The translations under genes were made by a program, and so were the position numbers. 64,000 nucleotides of DNA from Mercenaria mercenaria (taxonomy: Eukaryota). Location of the stretch: NCBI RefSeq assembly GCF_021730395.1, contig NC_069369.1, forward strand, positions 29,933,250 to 29,997,249. The letters run 5' to 3'. Shown here in pieces: positions 46,871 through 62,095 of this stretch. The first letter of the stretch is position 1, and every line of letters begins with the position of its first letter. A model generated the notes under the pieces. The model searched no databases, was not told the DNA's origin, and saw only the letters and a list, made by a program, of their open reading frames with translations.

Positions 46871-49024
46871 CATGCCTGTATTTAAAAGGTTTCTTTCTGT
46901 CTGTTCTGGGTACTTTCACTTACTCTATGGCTTCTGGTCAGATCTCTTTGTGTCTGTACTGGTAGAGGATTAATTTGGCGCCCTGAGTGGCTGGCTTTGT
47001 GTGTTAAACGCATGTGAACGTGTTTGTCAATATAAACCTGGTATAATAATAATCAAATTTAGCTGTGTTCAAATAATATGAACTAAGGTGTACACTTAGA
47101 TGAAATTTTCAACAAAAAGTAAACACACGGGTACAAAGAAATGACTAATTTTGGTCAGACTCCAATAATAAACCAAAGTGTTAGAAAGTAGTAATTATCA
47201 GCAGTAATGCTCTCAATGATCATAAATGTATTGTGGATCGTTTATGCCATGTCGTGCTGTCACCTTGGCGCATCCACCAGAACGACAACACGACAGCACG
47301 ATAAACCATTTTCGTCGCGTTGTCTTGTTGGCGCCCTGCCAAGAACGACAGCACGAGGACACGAAAAGCAGGGCGACGGAACAACAAAAACATGCTATTG
47401 TGTTGGCTCCTTAGTTTATTATGGCCCCATAGTTATAGGGCAAGGCAAGTAAGTATCACATTAAACGATATAAAAGTAGTGAGTTAATGTGACTTGTATG
47501 TGAACATATTAGTTTTATATAGAATTTCCGCGAAAAATTAATGGCTTACAGTTAACGTTTTTATTTGGCAAATTGGTATGTATCATAGTTTTGGCCCATT
47601 AAACAATTTTAAGTGAAGGTTATGGCCAAGACATACAACGACATACACAAGATGCATTTAAACATAATCAAATGCAATATTTTGAAAAATACTTTTGTAA
47701 GCACGCGTAGATATATATAGCATTTAATTAAGTAGCCGCTTCCGTTTCAATTGCTAACTGCCTTAGCTGAAAAGTCACACACATACACTTTGCAGTGTTA
47801 TATAACCTAGATGTACATTATGATCACATGATATTTACAAATTTCTGCACACTAGGCCATGCATAGTGGCCATAGCGAAATGTCTACTTATTATTGGTGT
47901 TAATGTATTAACTTTATACATAACTCACCAGGGGGCTCCATATACGCTTCATATGATTCATATTATCGAATAGATACTTTTCAAAGATGCAATAAATACG
48001 TAATGCCATCAAAATAATTCGTTATGCAACATAAATATATCAATATTATTGAGATTATACAAGCGAGTCATTATAATAGTAGCTTGATCTGGGATGCTTT
48101 ATTCGGCTCAACGGTGGATCCGACCTGACAAAATCCACTCGAGCCGAGTACAAAATTCCAGTTCTAGTTACTGTTATGATAATAATGACAATTTTATGAC
48201 TTACCTCTACCTTGTTTTTTGTTTTTTTTTCCTGCCCGTTTGAATCTACTTGCGAAATATGAACCGTATTTTTGATAGAATTTATAGGTATATAATAAAA
48301 CATATTATTGTATACCTATATAAATTCTGTAAAAAATCGGCTTGTATGAACATAGGCAGAAAAAATCCATTTTGTACCTTTTGTATTGTATGTTGCCGGA
48401 CTACTTTCGTTAATATGCATGACCTGACACAGTGCTATAAATAGCGCACATAAAAACTTCACTAAGTTCAATTTCAACATCGATAAACATAAAAGATTTC
48501 GTTCAATAACAAAACAACAAACAAAAAGGTGGAAGTATATGATAAAAGGGTCATTACAACAGTAGATTGATATGGGATGCTGTATTCGGCTCTCATGGAT
48601 TTTCCAGGTCGGATCACACTCGGCGCTTGCGCGCTTCGTGAGACCCGATCAGGCAAAAATCCACTCGAGCCGAATACAGCATCCCAGATCGAGATACTAT
48701 TATAATAACCCTGTTATATAGTTCCAATTATCCGAAAAAACCATCTTTTTAAAAGATACAAAAATAGAATACAACATGAAATCAACATAACATTCAACAT
48801 ATGACAAAAATATTAAAATAGACACAAAATAAACACTGTTTTAGGGCAAATATGTGAAATATTATAGAACAAAAATCATTGAATTACGCAATACAAATAA
48901 ATCAATACACAAAATAAATATTACTTATTGAATATGAACCTATGACATGCCATAAATTAAGAGTCCTAATCATAGAAAATATATAAGGAGTCTTTCAACT
49001 GAACGTTGAATAAGCAAGTGTTCA

Positions 49025-49186
49025 CTAGAAGCGTTTTATTTTTAATGCAACAACAGCACGACTTTCTCTCCCCGCTCTGTCCTCACCATGGCACGTGTAG
49101 TTGCCTTCGTCATCTATCGTCGCTTTATTTATTTCGAGCTGTATAAAGCGTACTGGAAAATACTCGCTCTCCTTTTCGTCGTCGAC
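49025..49186 (-). CDS. IgSF gene copy B terminal exon (stop at 49025)
   Basis: Encodes VDDEKESEYFPVRFIQLEINKATIDDEGNYTCHGEDRAGRESRAVVALKIKRF*. Confidence 0.55.
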   Translation of the reverse strand, partial: VDDEKESEYFPVRFIQLEINKATIDDEGNYTCHGEDRAGRESRAVVALKIKRF

Positions 49187-49414
49187 CTAAAAGGTATTAG
49201 ATCGATTTACTTAACCTAAAAAGACATACATACGGACGTTTTGCTTAAAGTGTTAGAATCTAAAATGGAAAATACATTTTACAAAATCATTGTCGCATGA
49301 CATTATCGTGTACTTACAGGGGACTACATGTAGTAAAATGGAAAAATCCTTCAATTTAAAGTTTGTAAATTGTAACTCCTCCACAACAATCATGATACAT
49401 GAGAATTAACATAC

Positions 49415-49569
49415 CTCATATTGCCAGTTGTTCCTTTCAATCTTAATGCCTTTATGGTTAGTCCAGAATGCTTTTTGCAGCGGAGAAGCTTGAACAGCAC
49501 AGCCCAATATCACCATTTCACCTCCGGTAAAATAAACCACAGGTGCCATCACCGCAACTTCAGGTGCAA
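49415..49569 (-). CDS. IgSF gene copy B exon 5
   Basis: Encodes APEVAVMAPVVYFTGGEMVILGCAVQASPLQKAFWTNHKGIKIERNNWQYE. Confidence 0.55.
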
Positions 49570-51822
49570 CTACAACAAAATAACAGAGTCTGCTTTTTAA
49601 AGTACATAAATACTATGGATTGGAGAGAATAACTTTAGAATTACATGACAACCACATTCTGAAACTGCCCAATCAAATTATTTTAACCAAACTATTATAT
49701 TGTGAATGTTTTTACACGTTTCCTATAGATTTTATTTTTTGGCTTTATTATGGTGTTTTGTGACCTCCAATCAAGTGAATTTTCATGGACCATTGCTTTT
49801 CATAGTATCTTATATCAAAACATTCAAATAAACTTTGAGTCTAACATGTACTCTTAACAACTATTCTAATGCAACACTTTTATTTCTTGGCAATATCGTT
49901 TAAATTAGTAAGTACAATTGAATATGTTCACATTTTAAGAATAATATTCTGCCAATATCAAATTAAACGTTAAAGAACTACCAGTCATGAAAGGACATGT
50001 TTATTTTCAATCGATTTTTAATATTAACAAAAACACACACACACAAATTCTGTTGTTGTTTTTTATATATAAAAGAAGCAAATACCATTTATAAGAATAT
50101 TTACTAGAATATGCTTAAATTCCAGACGAAAAAGAGTTAGAGCACCAAAACGATATATTTTTGTATCTTTTCTAGATATGTATGTGCATTTTTGTGTCTT
50201 TTAAAAATGGAACCAAGTCGTAAAATAAATGAAATTATATGATGGCATAGATTTTGTTGATAATTTAAAGTAAGTCTACGAATGTAAAGTTCTGAAAATG
50301 CGTCAAAGTTCTAGAGAGTTTTTTTTCCATCTGTTATCAATATATTGGTAAAATAGAAAGTGTTTCGTTAAGACATTTTAAAGTGTATAATAAACAAATT
50401 AAGTACATTTAAATTCCCCACTAAATAGGTTGTTTTATGAATGAGGGAAATATATTTTGGAAGATATTTAATTTTCAGATATATTTATGAAATTTAAAAA
50501 AAATAACGACAATTACTCTGTCGTTATTGAAGTGATCCTGATGAAAGATGAGCTTGCCCTACCGCCTAATGATTCTCATAGTTTGAACATATTTTTAACC
50601 AATGACAAGCGAAGGATTTTCAAAAAAGTAACCAACTTATTTTCATATTATTTCATAACGGAAAAAATGAGTCACTTAATCACGAAGTAGTTCAAAATTA
50701 ATGGGATTCGCCTACTTTGAATCAACAACATTCAAGGAGGCGGAGCAACTGGCAAATACAGGGACTGCTAATAGAATTATAAATGACTTTGTAATAAACA
50801 TGTACTCCTCGATCATGAGTGAAGTCAAGACTAGCCAATGAAATCCAAGAGATTGAAGAAGGCAAGGTTTAGTTTATTAATTTACCATAGACGGAGATTT
50901 TTGTTGCTTTAACCTGTCAGTAAAACGAAACGGGACGTTTTAACTATAAGACGGTTATAGATCATTTATTGACATTCCAATGCATTAAGTTTTGCCTTCA
51001 CTACGGTGAGATCAGTTTCGGCAAGCTTAGTTACATTAGAATGTCAATAAATGATCTATAACATATACATATTTGTGTTAAATTTCATGAAGATCCATTA
51101 ATGGATTACTTTGTTATGTTGTAAAACAATTAAAGGACAATAACTCTGAAGTTACTGAAGTGATCCTGATGAAGTTGTGCGTGCACCATCCAATATAATG
51201 ATCTGCATTTGTGTAAAGTTTCATGTTCAGTTTATATATTTAGTGATACTTTTTAATACATGCTAGTAAATTTGACCCGTACTCGGCTGACAACGTTATT
51301 TTAGCCGATGTTTTCGTACTGTTCCTTTGTACTGCTACCTGGGACTTCCAGCACAAGGGCCCTCGTTTACTGATAGATATTTCATGAACGGGAAGAGCTA
51401 GAGACTTGTGGTTGATCTCAGTTTGTAACTAAATGAATTTACATGAAATAGTAATAGATGTTTATGTAATTGTTTGGAGAATTTGTTTCACAACGGCTTG
51501 GGAAGTGAAGCCTTTGCTCGGAGACTCGAACATCGGTATGATATATATCATTTGAAAGGGGCTCATTTCCACTACATATTTTTCCTTCTTGCTTGATTTA
51601 GGATGAAAACAGTGGTTTTTATTTGGTCTTATTTTTTCATTCAAGTTCCTACACTAGTGGCTATGGTTACTAAAAGACTTTTTGAATAATAAACATTTTT
51701 AATTTCGGACGGCCGCGAAAGGACGGACGAACAGCCGGACGGACAACGCCAAATTTATATTCCTCCATCTTCGACGGGGGATAACAAGTACCATATTACC
51801 AAAACTGCAAAATACGACTTAC

Positions 51823-51951
51823 AGTCCACGAATACATGCATATGTCTCTCGGAAGTTCCGTGTCTGTTTTCGGCAATGCAAGCGTACTCGTCACTTGCGT
51901 ACCTTGTGACGTTTCTGATGATCAGCTTATGGTCCTTTAAACCTTCAATAC
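51823..51951 (-). CDS. IgSF gene copy B exon 4
   Basis: Encodes IEGLKDHKLIIRNVTRYASDEYACIAENRHGTSERHMHVFVD. Donor GGACT|GTAAGT. Confidence 0.55.
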
Positions 51952-52822
51952 CTTTAATTAAGAAGTTGTTTTATATGTTGGAATATATGGACCGAGAACA
52001 TACATTAAAAAATCGCCCAAAAGCATTTTTGCCATTCGGGGCAGGCACGTGTACATGCCATTTTTATTTACTCAAATCATGCATATGACGATTTTGGACC
52101 AATAAATCAAATATATAGAGGATATTACATGAGTGTCTTTTCATATTGAATTTATTAAACGAGTTGAATAAAACTATAAACTGCGAGGCTCTGCCGAGCC
52201 CTTTATCAATTCTGTTCAACGAGTTTAATAAATTCAATGTGGAAAGACACAATTGTAATATTCTTTTTATCACATGTAAGCTTTTCCTGCTGAAACTCAA
52301 AATTTCTTCTTTCTTTACCTAAAATAGACTAAGTATATTTGTCCAACGCCCCTATACTTAAAACGACGTCAACGTCAAAGCTAGTGTAATACCAAATTTA
52401 TGTAATGGCTTTATTTAACTCCCACGCCGTCAAACATGTGATAAAAACCAAATCCTCTAGATAGTAATTGTTGGTAGGGTTCTATAGTCTCTGTCATGAA
52501 ATGTAAGACGTTTTATCTGGCATACAGTCTGCTAAAATTAATCGATTTGAAACTTGTAATTCCCAACAATTCTTCACGACATTTTTGTGGTTTTAAAATT
52601 TTAAGAGTCAAACTCCTCAAGACTTACCCAAGCGGATGTGTTTTTCTAAAAAACAAGCCTTCGCAAATACTTTTGAAATGAACATATACATGTACACAAT
52701 ATTGGTCTCCCTAGTTCTCTACTTGAAAGTCTGTCCATCTCGAAAGCGCTTTATTAGTAGTTCTTTGAACAAAGGATTAAGTCAAATTATAATGGTATAG
52801 TGGATTAAAGTCCTGTACATAC

Positions 52823-52957
52823 GTTCCTTTGACGGTCCACGGTACCACGTTACTTTCGGTTCCGGTATGCCGGAAAATTCACAATTCAGTTGCGCCAGTG
52901 AATTTTCAAGGAAATGGGTACGAGTAGAAGAAGACTTATTTTTCAATCTTGGCGCAT
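52823..52957 (-). CDS. IgSF gene copy B exon 3
   Basis: Encodes APRLKNKSSSTRTHFLENSLAQLNCEFSGIPEPKVTWYRGPSKE. Confidence 0.55.
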
Positions 52958-54168
52958 CTGAAATTAAATTATAATCAAACTACTACAATGTTTCTCAAGC
53001 AATATACTTTCTGTTTAAATGTATAGGAAAACATTGTAACATGTCTCAGTAGCATTATCATCTATTAGAAATGTTATTTATTTGGGTACTTAGTGATGTT
53101 ATAGGATAGGTTTGATAATAAAATGACAAACACAAATATGTTCGGACACTATAATATTTTTAATCAATAAAAACCTAACAATATTTTAAGTGATGTTACT
53201 ACTGAGCTGGCTATTCCAAGACTGACCATGCAGGCATCACTAGCAGCTATATTTAGGACTAGAGGCTATGGTCTATTTCAATCAGATACTGCAACAAGAG
53301 GTTCGACCAAGTCCAAAGGCAAACTATGGTAGACCTTTTATATGCGAGAGTGCATCATATGCTTCCAGAGGATTTTCTACCAGACGTAGGACATGTTTCA
53401 TTGTACGATGGTTGATACAAAAGTAATGTCACTGGAGCAATAAAAATTGTACACAACAACAAATTCATACCCAAGTACTTTAATCTACCTGCAATAATTT
53501 TTGAAAAGATCACAAAAGATAGTTATTTACTTATCGAGATTTAGACATGCACAGAAAGCATGGTGACGAAGATTAACGCACGTCACTGACTTTATTAACG
53601 TCAGAAATTGATGTTTGTTGATAAGTAACAACAAACTTTAGCACTACATAATGAACTTTAAAGGATGCGACTGTAGTTTACACTGTTGATCATTAAAAGG
53701 CGTAACTAATATTGTTATAACTTCATATGAATAGGTGTGATATTTTGATGTCAATTGGTAATTGTCTTAGTTTTACTGCTTATGAAAGAAACGCCGTTTT
53801 GCCTACGGCTAAATGTCGCCAGAGATCTTGATTTGATTTCTATAAATTAAATAATTCAACGATGTATAAATGTGCAATGGACGCAGTGACATTACTTATG
53901 GATTAACCCTCACATATCGCGTGACATAAAGGGATATATGCTCGTGATTCGTTAATTATTGACCATTAAAAGGCAATGTATAAAACAGACAGAGCTCATT
54001 TCTGGTCTTTTGGATTGGTTTGAAAGAAGAAAAATCCCAAACAATCGTAAAAAAGACCCACTAGTGCACCATAATACACAAATAAACTATTAATTTAGCA
54101 GAAGAAGAATGCAAATGTACAAACTACAAAGTATATGCTACAGAATCACATGCACAATGTTCACCTAC

Positions 54169-54370
54169 GTTCAATGACAACTGTTATCTCCGAGAGCGTA
54201 AGCCCGTCTCTAGTTTTACACCAGTATGTGTCAGCAAAGCTTAGATCAACCCTCAGTATACGGAGTTCCCACTCATTCCTCGCTGGCTTATTTATCTTGA
54301 GATTTCTGGTATGCTTATATACTTGCATACCTTGCGTTAGCACCTCATGTTTGCCGTCAAACCAAATAAC
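54169..54370 (-). CDS. IgSF gene copy B exon 2
   Basis: Track ORF 54161..54343. Encodes VIWFDGKHEVLTQGMQVYKHTRNLKINKPARNEWELRILRVDLSFADTYWCKTRDGLTLSEITVVIE. Donor GAAC|GTAGGT. Confidence 0.65.
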
Positions 54371-54654
54371 CTACAAAGGAAATAATAATACAACTACAAC
54401 AACATACAGAGTGTGCTTTTAAAAATATTCGCTGTAATTTTCAATATTCTCTTTCAATCTTATATATTGATACTAGCACGATAGAAATATGCATCCATGT
54501 GTTATCTAAAGTAACATGAAATGAAGATTCATCAATAAAATTTGTGAGATCCTTTGGAAGCATCGCATGCAAACAAACAAAGTGATAACTGGAGACTCGT
54601 TTAAACTTAACCTTCTTTTCATGACAGGTAATGCAAAAATTATGATATACTTAC

Positions 54655-54770
54655 AGTAACGTCCCTAAATGGCTCCAGTCTGCAGGGCAATTTACACGAA
54701 TGATTCAACACACATGGTTTTGTCTTTTTTATAGTGTCGTAAGCTCCCTCAGCCGTTTTCATGATACTCA
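54655..54770 (-). CDS. IgSF gene copy B exon 1
   Basis: Encodes SIMKTAEGAYDTIKKTKPCVLNHSCKLPCRLEPFRDVT. Donor ACT|GTAAGT. Confidence 0.55.
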
Positions 54771-55526
54771 CTTAATAAATTATTTGAAACTGTGTTAATA
54801 CATAAACAGGACGGAGAGGAAGAAAGTGTGTTCAAAGTCTTTACAGAAATCACGTAAAGAAATTAAAATGTTTAAATAACTGTTAAGATCCGGCTGCAAC
54901 TCGAAGGAAAAGTCACAAAAAAACCAGTAACGAACAACATTTATTCAAAGATTTTGTGAGAACTGCACTATCAGAATAGAATACCTGACACATATAAGCA
55001 TTGAAAAGAATATCTTCATATTCATGATCCTTGTATCTAATATAACTTTTGGTTCACAAAGTACCACTAACATCCAAAAATTCGAAACAATTCGAAACAT
55101 GATCCCGACTGAATAATTCTAGTAATTCTAGAATTAGAATTTAATATTTATCATGAGAACAAAGATCCTCTGTAACTTCAAGTAACTGTCTGGACACAGC
55201 ATTTTTATCATACGCATAACGTCCCAGGGTGTGTCAGCAGTTGTTAAAAAGGCAGAATTTATATGAAGTTCACAAAATGTACTTTATTTGAAACATTTGC
55301 ACTTGTCTAGTTTTCAGCTTACAAACATGATTTTAGAAGATCTTAGTTTTCAAATGTGACTTTGCTTTAAAGCAAAAATAATTTATACTGGAGATGATAT
55401 TTTTACAATTTGCGCTAAATGGTCAAGTCAACCGGATGACCGACTTACTTACTCTACTTGGAAATAAATGTTAGTAGAACAACTGTGCAATAACATTTGT
55501 TAGAGTACGTTAATAAAAATACGTAC

Positions 55527-55578
55527 CTATGAATACCACAGTCTGTATCCATGGTAACAGTATGCGTAGTAGTTCCAT
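55527..55578 (-). CDS. IgSF gene copy B, signal-peptide exon
   Basis: Encodes MELLRILLPWIQTVVFI. Donor TAG|GTACGT is phase 1. Confidence 0.45.
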
Positions 55579-56112
55579 TAGTCTAGGAAATATTTCAAGT
55601 TTCCATAAACACCGATACAGAATATATTTGCTAATTTACATACTTGCACACACAATCTTTGAATGATAATATATAATGTTTCCATAAGTAGTTTCATCCG
55701 ATATGACGTGTGCTCTGATCAGAAAGATAACAAAGTTAAACAGTAGGGCCATGATGGTCCTAGATCGCTCACCTGAGTTTTCCAGATTACTTGAACAATT
55801 TTGATGATGCCACGCTTGTAAAATATCTGAAATTATTTGGAAAATGGACCAGTGTTTCTGAAAAAAAAATCTGGTCTGTATTATATGCATATATAACAAT
55901 ATCTCTTATCTCTGACCCTAACGACTAGACAAATGCGCCTTGAACTGGGCAGAATTCTGGCCAGCTAATAATTACCATAAAATCTGAAATCATTGCAAAT
56001 TTGCTAGTTCATGATGTAACAGAACCATTGGTTGACTCCAGAGCCATGGATCATAGAATCCTTAATGGCCTTCATAGTCTGTATAACGAAGTGCTTGTCA
56101 ATGGGTACTTTT

Positions 56113-57820
56113 TATTACCAGATGAACAATATAGGTGTTAATCAACTTTACTTTATTAAACTTTCATAAATGTATAATCTTTAAAATGTAAATAAAGTAG
56201 GTATGAGTATTTAAAAATGTGTTATGTTAAATCATGCTTGAGATGAAGTTACAGTAATTTCCTGTAACTATTTAATACTTGATCTGTATGTAGGTTAAAG
56301 GTTGATGATAACAACTATTACTAATGGGAGAAAGCTTATTGATCTTTGACATTTCATTTTTTTCTCATTATTAGTAAAATGATGAAATGTCATAAAAATG
56401 TTTCTTTTGTAGAAGTGAGATGTTTTTGATTTTTAAACATTTCTGGTTTGGTTATTTCGGTATATCAGTGGTGTTGTAGAGTATAGGATGTGGTATTTGT
56501 GGATGGGGAAAGCAGTTTCCGACTTTGCCACGCGCCAAATACCTGTACTAAAAACAAAAGCTATTGTCTCTAGCATGGGACAATGTCCATGCCTTCAATT
56601 TTCCAACCAGGTAAATGTCTAGGCGTTATTGTCTCTAACATGGGACAATGTCCATGCCTTCAACTTTCCAACTAGGTAAGTATAGGCGTTATTGTCTCTA
56701 ACATGGGACAATGTCCATGCCTTCAACTTTCCAACCAGGTAAGTATAGGCGTTATAGTCTCTAACATGGGACAATGTCCATGCCTTCAACTTTCTAACCA
56801 GGTAAGTATAGGTGTTACAAAATCAGGCTCAGTCTTCGGTATTTTGCGGAAGAGACTGTTTGACACTCTTCTGAATTGTTAACATCTTAAATATTCTACC
56901 GATTGTTACATGTAATTAAACGTATGAAAGATCCAAAAAACAAATACTTGTAGAAGTGTTTTCGGTAAGTTTGACGGTCAAAATGACAGCATGTTACTCT
57001 CATATTTTTCTTTGTGTATACTGCAAGAATCAAATATGGATCCGTCTTAGAAATCTATTGCAGTAGAAAGCATTTTTGTCAGTATTATCAATTTTGAAAT
57101 GAAAATGATAACGGACGTCTTTTTACATTGTTACGTGAGTAATGCAACATAAATAACTTGTAGTATAGTTACTTATGGTCTATGAATTTGTTTTTGATTT
57201 AATTGTAGATACATCAGTGGGACAATGCGATTGGCCCAACCTGCTTGGTATATCTTTTTACATTTTTACGTATGTAATGCAACATAAATGATTTGTAGTA
57301 TAGTTACTTATGGTCTATGAATTTGTTTTTGATTTAATTGCAAGAACATCGGTGGGAAAATGCGATTGGCCTAACCTGCTTGGTTTATTTCCCACAAGTG
57401 GTTAAGATATTGAATGAGCAGTGACGACGTGTTTTGTGGGCCATGTAGATTGTTGTGTATGTGTGTTGATGGTAGGGGCGGTAGACCTAATATGTAAGGC
57501 ATTTTTCACATCCGTTGTTTGTAATTGGAATAACGTGGTCAAACTCAGAAACATGAGACGTAAGAGGCCCGTGGCGTCAGAACATTTCATTGCTGTCATG
57601 AATGGTAAACAAAAATACATCAAGAGCAGCATTTCATCTCAATAATAATTATAACACCATCGTTGGATAAACCTGGAAAATTTTCTTTAGTATAGTTGAC
57701 ACTTTAATACTGTGTGGAAAAAAAATGTTGCATGCATTAATTAGAGACCATGGCGAAGTTTCCGGGAATTTATTATGCTCTGCTTCAGTTCCAGGCCAAG
57801 CATAATGCGCTACTGCGGAA
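56113..57820. other. Copy B-specific 1.7-kb segment containing a 63-bp tandem repeat (56555-56820, 4x) and a 125-bp duplication (57095-57400)
   Basis: Copy A joins the same flanks directly near 23255. Confidence 0.6.
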
Positions 57821-60169
57821 GCATTTGACTGAAGGAGATCCGCGAACAATGTATACTTCACCGAATATACAAAATGAACATAAAGGTATTTGTGGCAAAA
57901 TAAACTGCGATGATCTTGAGAAAACATACAATTAATCTGTTTTTTTTTTCGGATTTATTGCCGATGATGCCACAGATTCTGCTACAACAGAGCAAATGGC
58001 AATGTGTGTGCGGTACTTAGCCAAGAAAACATGGTCATCAACGCAACCGACCAAACACACCCGCAGGCACAGCAACCGCGTTTTTTGAAAGTTAATATGT
58101 ACTTGCCATTTCTCGACCATCTTCTGTCGGATATTGCAACCAGACTTATACATGGGAACAGGAGATGTAAAGCCAAATATCTGATTCCTGCGCAAGTTTA
58201 AAATATTAATTAAACTAAATATTCCGTACATTATAAAACAGTGCTTTTTTAAAGCGGTAGGTCAATGAATATCTATCAGATATAGTGCATTATCTAACAT
58301 CTTACACATGCATTATGTTAATGTTTAACAGCATTTGGTGATGTTGTGCAATTTCCTATCATTTTAGGTTCGCAGAGTAAGTTAACCTGATGGTATTTTG
58401 AGAGAACCGTATATTTAGAGCAAATCTCAACGTCGACGAGGAGCAATTCCTAAGAGAGTGTGTGGACGTTGGAGAGTCTGATGGACAGACGTCAATCTAG
58501 GTGGCGCCATCGCTGTTGAATCACTTGAAGAGATCTTTGCTTTAGCCAGCCGTGTCTTTCATCCAAACATAAGGAAGTGCTTTACAATTCTGCTGGTTAT
58601 GCGAGTATCGACCGCAACAGAGGAGCACTCCTTTTCATCAAGTGTCGCTTGAAAATCTACTTGAGTAGTACCAAGAAGATTTAAAAAAACACTTTTCCGT
58701 GGTCATACAGAAAAAAACTAACTCTTCCCGCTGACAGCAATGTTTTACACGAATCAAAATGGCTAGAAAGACTTTGTAGAGTGTCCCCAAGAGATATTTC
58801 AGTACAATTGTTTTAAAATCAAGCTAATGGTTTCTGAGAAGAAGACTGTCATAGTTTTCCATATAGCCATATTGGGAAAACTAGCGACAGTCTTGAGGCA
58901 ATGTTCTTCTATGGAAGAATATAATTTGAAGGAATTTGACAGAGCGTCACCAAGGAAACATTTCTGTGAGATTATTTCAAGATTGGCCAGTAGTTTGTAA
59001 GACAAAGACTTTTAATGTTTTTCCTTTTGGTTGCCATTACAACCAGACAGATGACCAAAAGGTAAAGGGGAACAGTCAATGAACATTCCTGCGTGAAGTT
59101 TGGCTGACATTGGCTTGGTGGTTTAGGAGATATTTTTTAAAGTAATTGTGGATGGACAGATGAGCGACGGACATCAAACAATTATAAAGCTCACCATGAG
59201 AACTTCTAAAATCTCAAACAAAAAATCTTTACAGCCGCCAATACCAAAGTAAATGATCAAGTACAATACCGTGGATATTTGAAATAAAACACAGTCAGAT
59301 GAGCTAAAAACAGAATAATCAAAGTTAAAAGTCAATACATGCAGAATTATGGATTTTGAGAACAACCTAATAGGTCACTTACATTTATGTTACTAACCTC
59401 AACACTGTCAGGTGGGTATGTGAGGAGCGTCCCCTTCCAAGTTGTGAGATATTTTTATTTTGCAAATTGCGCCATAAGTGACACGATTTCCTTGCATTTT
59501 GATACCATATAACCAATTATATCAGGACGTTATTTGTGCCAATTTCTGTCCTGTTCTCAAATGTGTGTATATAGTGTCCAGGAACTTTTCAATTCCAGCT
59601 ATAAAACAGTCAATAGTTTTAATCAGTCTAGTGTAATGAAAAAACTACTTGCTTTTATTTTTATATCAAATCATTATTTCAAGGTAACATTTCTATTTAT
59701 CGTGGTGATATTAAAACAAACAGAGCTATCCATGATTATGTAAGAAGATTTATTGACTAGGAAGGTTTTGTTCCAAGTTTGAATCCAGTTTATGCAGCTG
59801 TTAATGAGATAACTTTAACCAAATTGCCTATGTCGACAACATTAATTTCAGGACAAGAGAAATCTAACTTGATTGAAATTTGAATGCAGAACACATAAGT
59901 GTTAATAAGGGGGCGGAGAGGCTGGGATTTGTTTTTAAAAAATGTCCAGTCTTTGGAGTTGCTTGAAAAACATTATCTGGCTTCAACATATTGAAAAAAA
60001 ATTTTGACTCCCAAATCACTGAAAAAACAAAACAAAACAATTTCCTTGTCAGATTTCAAAAAAAAAAAAAAAAAATAAAAAAATGAACATTACTCAGAAA
60101 GCCATATTCTTTGTTTCGAAACTGCTTTTAGTTTTAATATTTTATAATTATATAATAAGGTTAGTGTAT

Positions 60170-62095
60170 ATATCATAACATAACACTTTTTTCTAAATTA
60201 TTAAGGAAGAGCAGCATTACTATCAACGTTCAAATATTAGTCACTGCTAAAGAAATGTGTCAAATTGGTTTTGTGTAGTGTAATTTTGACTGCAATATGT
60301 TATACTGATAATTTCAGTATATGAACAGTAACATAGGCTTAAGAGAAGGGAGGTGGGGGAGGGGAGCACCATCTTTTGAATATTATATTTTCTTCCTATT
60401 TATAAGACGGTATTGATAATTATATCCTAAAAGCTCCCTAAGATTCAGCATATTCAAAACCATCAGTTCTGCAGTAATACTACAAGGATCTTGCACCCTA
60501 TTAGATTTCTAGTTAAAATGCTCTTTTTTATCAAGTTTTGTTGACATTATATAACTTAAACCTAAAGTAATCGACAACCATAATTATCAGTGTTGAAATC
60601 CCCTTCAGGATTTTGCATACACAAATTGCGGAATTTTATGAGGGAAGGGCCCCCGTATCCCCCTCATACAGAAATAATACAGCACTTTCCCAAAATAAGA
60701 TAACCATTTTATTAAGAATAGCTCTCAAACACATAGAACAGAAGTGTGAATAACAGTGTTTATAATTTTAACACTTTATATAAAAATTCATTTGAAATAC
60801 TTAAGCACTAATCTTGTGAAACTTCAGTTAATGAAAGAAATGACTTCATCTTATAACTCAGCAGAATGCAGGATTTAGTGTTTAAAATACAAAAATATTG
60901 CAGGATTGTGTTTCCCCTCGAGTCGTCTCCCCTACCCTCTTACACCATACTATAGTATACATACACACATATATAATACTGTGCATACACTATCTGAGTA
61001 AGAGGTGCACCCAACGCACCATTGTTCCTAAAACCTGCAAGCATACATTCTTAAAGCCTATAATTCAGATCTCAGAGCATTGAACATAATTTCGCTTGCT
61101 ACGATCGCAGAGCTGTTATCAGAAGTAATATATTAAGCTGAAGTCCAGGAGAGACCCACTGTCTTCTAGTTATACAATATATTTTGCTTTTTCTCCATTT
61201 CTCTACCCAAATTACTCAATACAGGATGTGTATAAGTATAACACATGTAAAAAATATCTTTGGCTTACTGTGAAAAAATATGATGGCTTTCAACTTTTGA
61301 AAAAAGTTCTGGCTTCCATAGAAGGCAAAAAAAAAAAGGTTCAAATGATCAGACCCTAAGTTAGATATGTCTCCTAGAAACAAAATTTAAGGTGAATGTT
61401 GCAAACAACTTCACATTGTCATCAGATAAATACAGCTAAGATCAGTACTGCAGAATTTTGATTTGAGTACTTGTTTTCAAATTTAAATTTACAACACTGT
61501 TCCTTAAATATGTAATACTATTCCTTTTTTCGTCAGCTTCAGTAAAATCACGAGTGCAGACCTGTTATAATATACGCCTATCGCAGCACCTTTATTCAGA
61601 ATTTTGATAATCTCTACTTCTTAACCTTTAGCCTGCTGACAGCAAGTGATTTTGCCTTTTGCGACCAGCGCAAACCAAGTTCAGTCTGCATCGTGTAGGC
61701 TGATCATGGTATGCACTGTTCGCTATTCAGTTAGTTCATTTTCAGCGAACATTCCTTTGATTAATAAATGGTACTATCCAAATTGGAAGATGGACCAGTT
61801 CATTTTAGAAATTTAGCAGGGTAAAGGTTAAATGGAGAATGTCAATTTTCTCAGTTTTGACTTATTCAAAGGCTATACCCCAGATCTCAAACTCGACTTT
61901 TTTTTATAGAGATACACACATTCTGTATAAGTATGATGAAGATCATGGAAAAACGGTATACACATGTTTTAGCAGAAAACTGGCATTATTCAAGATATCT
62001 TAAAAATTTAGAACTCACGAAGACCTTTAGAATGAAATAGTTAATTCTTGAAAATTGAAACTAACAAAAAAGCTCTGTGAAGGACATTAAGAAGT
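60170..62095. other. Copy B-specific segment of about 1.9 kb, including the inverted piggyBac-like MITE at 61625-61830
   Basis: Copy A flanks abut near 26900-27046. Confidence 0.55.
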